DNA of 64,000 nt, from contig CAKZUB010000010.1 of assembly GCA_937921505.1 (NCBI GenBank), positions 25,633 through 89,632 of the forward strand, read 5' to 3'. The DNA is from an uncultured Clostridia bacterium. Lineage in GTDB: Bacteria; Bacillota; Clostridia; Lachnospirales; Cellulosilyticaceae. This document shows, piece by piece, positions 59,852 through 64,000 of the stretch. Position numbers and translations under genes: made by a program. Numbering within the stretch: the first letter of the stretch is position 1; every line of letters begins with the position of its first letter. Below the pieces are notes generated by a model. The model did no database searches. It was not told the origin of the DNA and saw only the letters and a program-made list of their open reading frames with translations.

Positions 59852-60685
59852 ATGATTTTAAATTTTTCATATACAAATTCAGAAATACAGGATCCACAGC
59901 TCATATCTATTTGCAGAGCGGGTTACAATGCCTTACCAGTCATTCCAGACTTTAGGATCCGAAGAAATAGTACGTATCCTTATTGCAATGTCCACTATGT
60001 AGAAGAAGGCGATGGTGAAGTTCTACTAGAGGGGCAATCATACTCTGTTAAAAAAGGGGATCTATTTATTGTTGGTGCTTTTAAGGCCCACGAATACTTT
60101 GCAAACCCAAAAGCCCCTTTTGTCTTAAAGTGGATGGAATTTTCAGGAGGACTAGATTTGGTCGAAGCCTTCTCGAAGCGATGGAATAGTCCTGTCATAA
60201 ATACAAAGGCACACATCTGTATACTTCATTCCTTTGAAAACATCCTAAAAGATGTGCAGCAAAATAAAATGGATTGCTTTAGGCAATCCAAGGATATTTA
60301 TGCTTTCTTAATTGATTGTATTGCCCTTAGTGATAAGTTTCTCCATTTAAGTACACAGCAAGGGGTGATCAAAAAGATCCGTGATTATATAGAGAGACAT
60401 TTAGATACAACGCTTGAAGTCTCTGACTTAGCAAAAATAGCAGGGTATAGTGAAAGTTATTTTATTAAATTTTTTAAAGAAAATACTGGGCAAACACCTA
60501 ATCAGGTGATAGCCCAGCTGCGTCACCATAAGTCGAGAATTCTGCTCATCACAACCGATCTCTCTATTTTAGAAATTGCACACGCTATGGGGTACTACGA
60601 CACCAGTCATTTTATAAAAGACTTTAAGCGTTGTGAGGGAATGACGCCTTTAAAATTCAGACAACAAAGTAAAATGTATGGGTAA
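59852..60685 (+). CDS. AraC-family regulator (cupin + HTH)
   Basis: HYVEEGDG...GDLF..AHEY; GYYDTSHFIKDFK. Confidence 0.9.
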   Translation: MILNFSYTNSEIQDPQLISICRAGYNALPVIPDFRIRRNSTYPYCNVHYVEEGDGEVLLEGQSYSVKKGDLFIVGAFKAHEYFANPKAPFVLKWMEFSGGLDLVEAFSKRWNSPVINTKAHICILHSFENILKDVQQNKMDCFRQSKDIYAFLIDCIALSDKFLHLSTQQGVIKKIRDYIERHLDTTLEVSDLAKIAGYSESYFIKFFKENTGQTPNQVIAQLRHHKSRILLITTDLSILEIAHAMGYYDTSHFIKDFKRCEGMTPLKFRQQSKMYG

Positions 60686-60689
60686 TAGA

Positions 60690-61748
60690 CTAATCTCTTA
60701 TTCGGTTGACACTATAAACCGCCTCAATATTTTCTATAGGCACATCTCCTTCAAAGTATTGACTAGCCATTAGGACATAACCGCCCTCTTTGTGGAGGGT
60801 ATCCATATAATGTTCTGTTTCTTTGATTACTTCCTCAACTGTTCCAAAGGGTAGAATAACTTGGGTATCAATGCCCCCTTGAAAGCATATTTTACCGCCA
60901 AACATTTCTTGAAGTACTGTCGCTTCAAGCCCATTAACCTTTTGCAACGGCTCTAGAACATCTACCCCACAAGCGATCAACTCCGGAATAATGGGTTGGA
61001 TTGCGCCACAAGAATGTTGTTGGTAAAAGGCGCCATATTTATGGGTGAGATCCACTAGCTTCTTTGTGTTTTCCTTAAAGAATTGTCGCCACATATCAAC
61101 ACTAAATAGCAAACTGATTTGTGTGCCATAATCATCATGAGGCCTTATAATATCAATTAACCCTTGACCGGCTATGAGCATGCGTTCATAATAGTCTAAT
61201 TCAAAATCTACCATTTTGTCATATATTTTCTGGGCAAATTCTGGTTCTAAAGCCATATCAACAAATAACTTATCCATATTCCTAAGGAAAGTGGCAATTT
61301 GAAAGGGACCTGGATGTCCAATCATAATCGCCTTATCAGCATTCTTTTGACAAAATTCTGTTACAATAGAATAGTCAAACCAGTCTGCTGATGGCCAAGG
61401 GTAATTGTCAAGACCTTCAAGGGTTTCTATTTCGTCTAATGGATGAAAGCAGGTAATGGAGTTGTACTCACTTCCTGTCCAGACTCTTTTATTTTTACAG
61501 CCCCAATAATCTGTAGTCACTTCATTGCCATCCACATCAATATATTTTGGAAGCTCTGTCCCTATATATTTTGCGTCCACGCAGCGTATGTCAATCTCGA
61601 ATTTTTCTAGAATTTCCTCATGGGTCGTAAATCCATAGTGCTTCATTAATTTTTCGCTCACAGCGCTCGTGCACTCAAAATGGGCAGGTATACGATCTAC
61701 TGGTAAATGTTGTAGGGCGCGGCGTACGCGTTCTTTTGATGTCATCAT
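60690..61748 (-). CDS. Uroporphyrinogen decarboxylase (UroD/MtaA-like) family protein
   Basis: MTSKERV..DRIP, DDYGTQ, QHSCG, DVLEPLQ, FQGGIDTQ..LPFGT. Confidence 0.87.
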   Translation of the reverse strand: MMTSKERVRRALQHLPVDRIPAHFECTSAVSEKLMKHYGFTTHEEILEKFEIDIRCVDAKYIGTELPKYIDVDGNEVTTDYWGCKNKRVWTGSEYNSITCFHPLDEIETLEGLDNYPWPSADWFDYSIVTEFCQKNADKAIMIGHPGPFQIATFLRNMDKLFVDMALEPEFAQKIYDKMVDFELDYYERMLIAGQGLIDIIRPHDDYGTQISLLFSVDMWRQFFKENTKKLVDLTHKYGAFYQQHSCGAIQPIIPELIACGVDVLEPLQKVNGLEATVLQEMFGGKICFQGGIDTQVILPFGTVEEVIKETEHYMDTLHKEGGYVLMASQYFEGDVPIENIEAVYSVNRIRD

Positions 61749-61829
61749 TTCCTCCTAGAATCTAATTTTCTTATGATTTTAGTATAAATGATAAAGATCA
61801 AAACAGTGATGTAAAAAATGAGATATAAA

Positions 61830-61860
61830 ATCGTAATATTTTCTACCTTATTTAATATTA
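61830..61860. repeat. 31-bp repeat, copy 2
   Basis: ATCGTAATATTTTCTACCTTATTTAATATTA. Confidence 0.85.
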
Positions 61861-61873
61861 TATAAGTAAAAAT

Positions 61874-62014
61874 TTAAATTAAAATATAATGCACTAGATA
61901 GTGGTCACGTACAGCAGGGCCAAAAGAATGCTCTGAAAAACATGCTTCATAACCACAATGGTACATCATGAGTTCAACCGTATTTAGTCCGTTTGCCTTG
62001 AAATGTATAGATAT
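61874..62014 (-). pseudogene. Truncated MsmR/MelR-like AraC regulator divergent from melA
   Basis: (ATA)[45 protein letters not shown]-stop; AAGGAG RBS 9 nt before an ATA codon. Confidence 0.75.
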
Positions 62015-62155
62015 TAGAAGTAACTCCTTTATAGCGTTTTTAAAATCATATCACATTAGGACATATAAAAGTTACATTTATCTATTTAAGTTTTAGGGTG
62101 AAACACATAAGATAATATTAAGTTATAAAAAAGTTAAATTAATAGGAGGGTCATT

Positions 62156-63472
62156 ATGCCAAAAATATGTTTTTTAGGAGCAGGAAGTACTATTTTTGCT
62201 AAGAATGTACTAGGAGATTGTATCTATACGGATGAAATTAAAGAGATAGATATTGTCTTACATGATATTGATGAAAAAAGGCTGGAAGAATCAAGAGTAC
62301 TTATAAATAGTATTATTAAAACATCGGGACGCAGTGACGTGAAGCTATCTTGTGACTTAAATAGAAAAGAAGCACTCAGAGGTTCGCATTATGTAGTGAA
62401 TGCCATTCAGGTAGGGGGCTATGATCCTTGTACTATTACAGATTTTGAAGTCCCTAAGAAATACGGACTAAGACAAACAATAGCAGATACATTAGGTATA
62501 GGGGGAATCTTTAGAGCGCTTAGAACCATACCTGTTATGAAAGCTTTTGCAGAGGATATGGAGGAAGTATGTCCGGATGCGCTCCTTTTAAATTATACCA
62601 ACCCTATGGCGATGCTTACAGGGTACATGCAAAGACATACTTCTATTAAGACAATAGGTCTTTGTCATAGTGTACAAGATTGTGCAAGTAGGCTTTTAAA
62701 AGATGTAGATATGACAGAGTATATAGATAAGTGTAAATGGGAAATTGCAGGAATTAATCATCAAGCTTGGTTGCTTAAAATAACGGATCTTGAAGGTAAC
62801 GATTTATACCCAGAGATTAAAAGACGTTCTTTATCAAGTGATATGAACGAGTTTAAGAAGACAGACCTTGTCAGGCTTGATCTGATGAATAAGTTTGGTT
62901 ATTACATCACTGAATCTTCCGAGCACCTTAGTGAGTATACTCCATGGTATATTAAGTCCAGGTATCCTGAGCTTATCGAAAAATTTAATATTCCTTTAGA
63001 TGAATATCCAAGACGTTGTGTAGAACAGATTGAAAATTGGGCTAAAACACAAGCAGAGCTCACGGATGATAAAAAAATCGCGCATGAGAAGAGTCATGAA
63101 TTTGCATCTTATATTATCAAAGCTATGGAAACAGATACGCCTTTTAGAGTACATGGTAATGTTTTAAATACAGGGCTTATAACTAATTTGCCACAAAATG
63201 CCTGTGTAGAAGTACCTTGCCTTATTGATAGAAATGGCATTAACCCTTGTTTTGTAGGAGATTTACCGGAACAATGTGCAGCTATTAACAGAACCAATAT
63301 CAATGTACAGCTTTTAACAATAGAAGCTGCAGCGACGCTTAAAAAAGAGACGATCTATAGGGCGGCCATGTTAGATCCTCATACGGCAGCGGAACTTTCA
63401 ATGGATGATATTATTAACATGTGTGACGATCTAATAGAGGATCATAAAGATTGGCTACCTGAGTATTATTAA
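62156..63472 (+). CDS. melA: GH4 alpha-galactosidase
   Basis: FLGAGSTIF, QTIADTLGIGG, NYTNPMA, GLCHSV, AGINHQ, TESSEH. Confidence 0.9.
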   Translation: MPKICFLGAGSTIFAKNVLGDCIYTDEIKEIDIVLHDIDEKRLEESRVLINSIIKTSGRSDVKLSCDLNRKEALRGSHYVVNAIQVGGYDPCTITDFEVPKKYGLRQTIADTLGIGGIFRALRTIPVMKAFAEDMEEVCPDALLLNYTNPMAMLTGYMQRHTSIKTIGLCHSVQDCASRLLKDVDMTEYIDKCKWEIAGINHQAWLLKITDLEGNDLYPEIKRRSLSSDMNEFKKTDLVRLDLMNKFGYYITESSEHLSEYTPWYIKSRYPELIEKFNIPLDEYPRRCVEQIENWAKTQAELTDDKKIAHEKSHEFASYIIKAMETDTPFRVHGNVLNTGLITNLPQNACVEVPCLIDRNGINPCFVGDLPEQCAAINRTNINVQLLTIEAAATLKKETIYRAAMLDPHTAAELSMDDIINMCDDLIEDHKDWLPEYY

Positions 63473-63557
63473 AAACATTAACAATTAAAAGTAGATACTA
63501 GTAGAAGCTTTTTATTATAAAACAACAGGACTTAAGGTAGATGTAAAACAAGAAGAA

Positions 63558-63743
63558 ATGCAAAAGCTACTCACAGCATTTGGAGATGCTACGCAAGCCT
63601 CAGACTATGCCAAAATGAGCATTGCTACTTGTATTAAAGCAGGTGTTATAAATAGCAATGAAGGGAACATGGACAGAGTGAAAGAATATATTACAAGAGC
63701 TGCCTTTTTTAAATTAGCCATCAAACCGATCTACTTTAAATAA
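63558..63743 (+). pseudogene. Isolated S-layer homology (SLH) domain fragment
   Basis: FGDATQASDYAK..I..CIKAGVI....ITRA matches an SLH repeat; no signal peptide; overlaps the convergent gene. Confidence 0.55.
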
Positions 63744-64000
63744 TTTGAGATTTTCATCAAACGAACCTAAATAAAGTTTGCTAAGCATCATACCGCCTAG
63801 GATTGCAAAGAGTATACCATTTGCACCATATCCAAGGCAGTACCAGAGCTTATCATTTTTGGGGTCTTTGCCTAAAAAACCTAGATTATCCTGGGTGGAA
63901 GCAAAAGCCCCACAGTATTGATACTCAGCAGTAACACCTTTAATAAGCGGAAACATAGTTTTGATCCTAGCTTCTAGTAACTTATATTTTTCGAGTGCAG
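63714..64000 (-). CDS. FAD-dependent oxidoreductase (DAO family), C-terminus only
   Basis: GAFASTQDNLGFLG..WYCLGYGANGILF; frame stays open to the window edge. Confidence 0.75.
   Translation of the reverse strand, partial: ALEKYKLLEARIKTMFPLIKGVTAEYQYCGAFASTQDNLGFLGKDPKNDKLWYCLGYGANGILFAILGGMMLSKLYLGSFDENLKLFKVDRFDG

Noticed and set aside
859-63303. Many 60-140 aa ORFs antisense to or nested in long genes (e.g. 859-1041, 4758-5105, 19169-19588, 33861-34205, 51660-52004)
   Set aside because: Shadow ORFs of well-supported genes, without RBS or recognisable motifs

Overview
Low-GC, Clostridia-like (spore-forming Bacillota) chromosomal segment with about 50 protein-coding genes. I recognised no rRNA, tRNA, CRISPR array, intact transposase or integrase. 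Content: a cation:proton antiporter, hydE, an Fe-S aldo/keto reductase, zupT, a DEAD-box helicase and two carbohydrate ABC loci with YesM/YesN-type two-component systems (one ending in a chemoreceptor). It also holds two PocR-AraC + FAD-oxidoreductase pairs, a LacI + UroD-family cassette between two diverged mmcQ/yjbR copies, an AbiL/RloAB-type ATPase-TOPRIM defence pair and a MerR-GyrI-associated DrrABC-like (ABC exporter + class II UvrA) cluster. The rest is truA, a TetR-ABC exporter, sodA, a BMP nucleoside ABC operon with xpt, a glycoside hydrolase/UroD cassette bounded by a 29/31-identical repeat, and melA. Several gene relics (LytTR receiver, IS3-like end, CAAX protease, cupin, AblB-like, MsmR-like AraC, SLH) mark module junctions, so the region looks like a recombined mosaic. 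All family calls come from motif recognition, not database searches.
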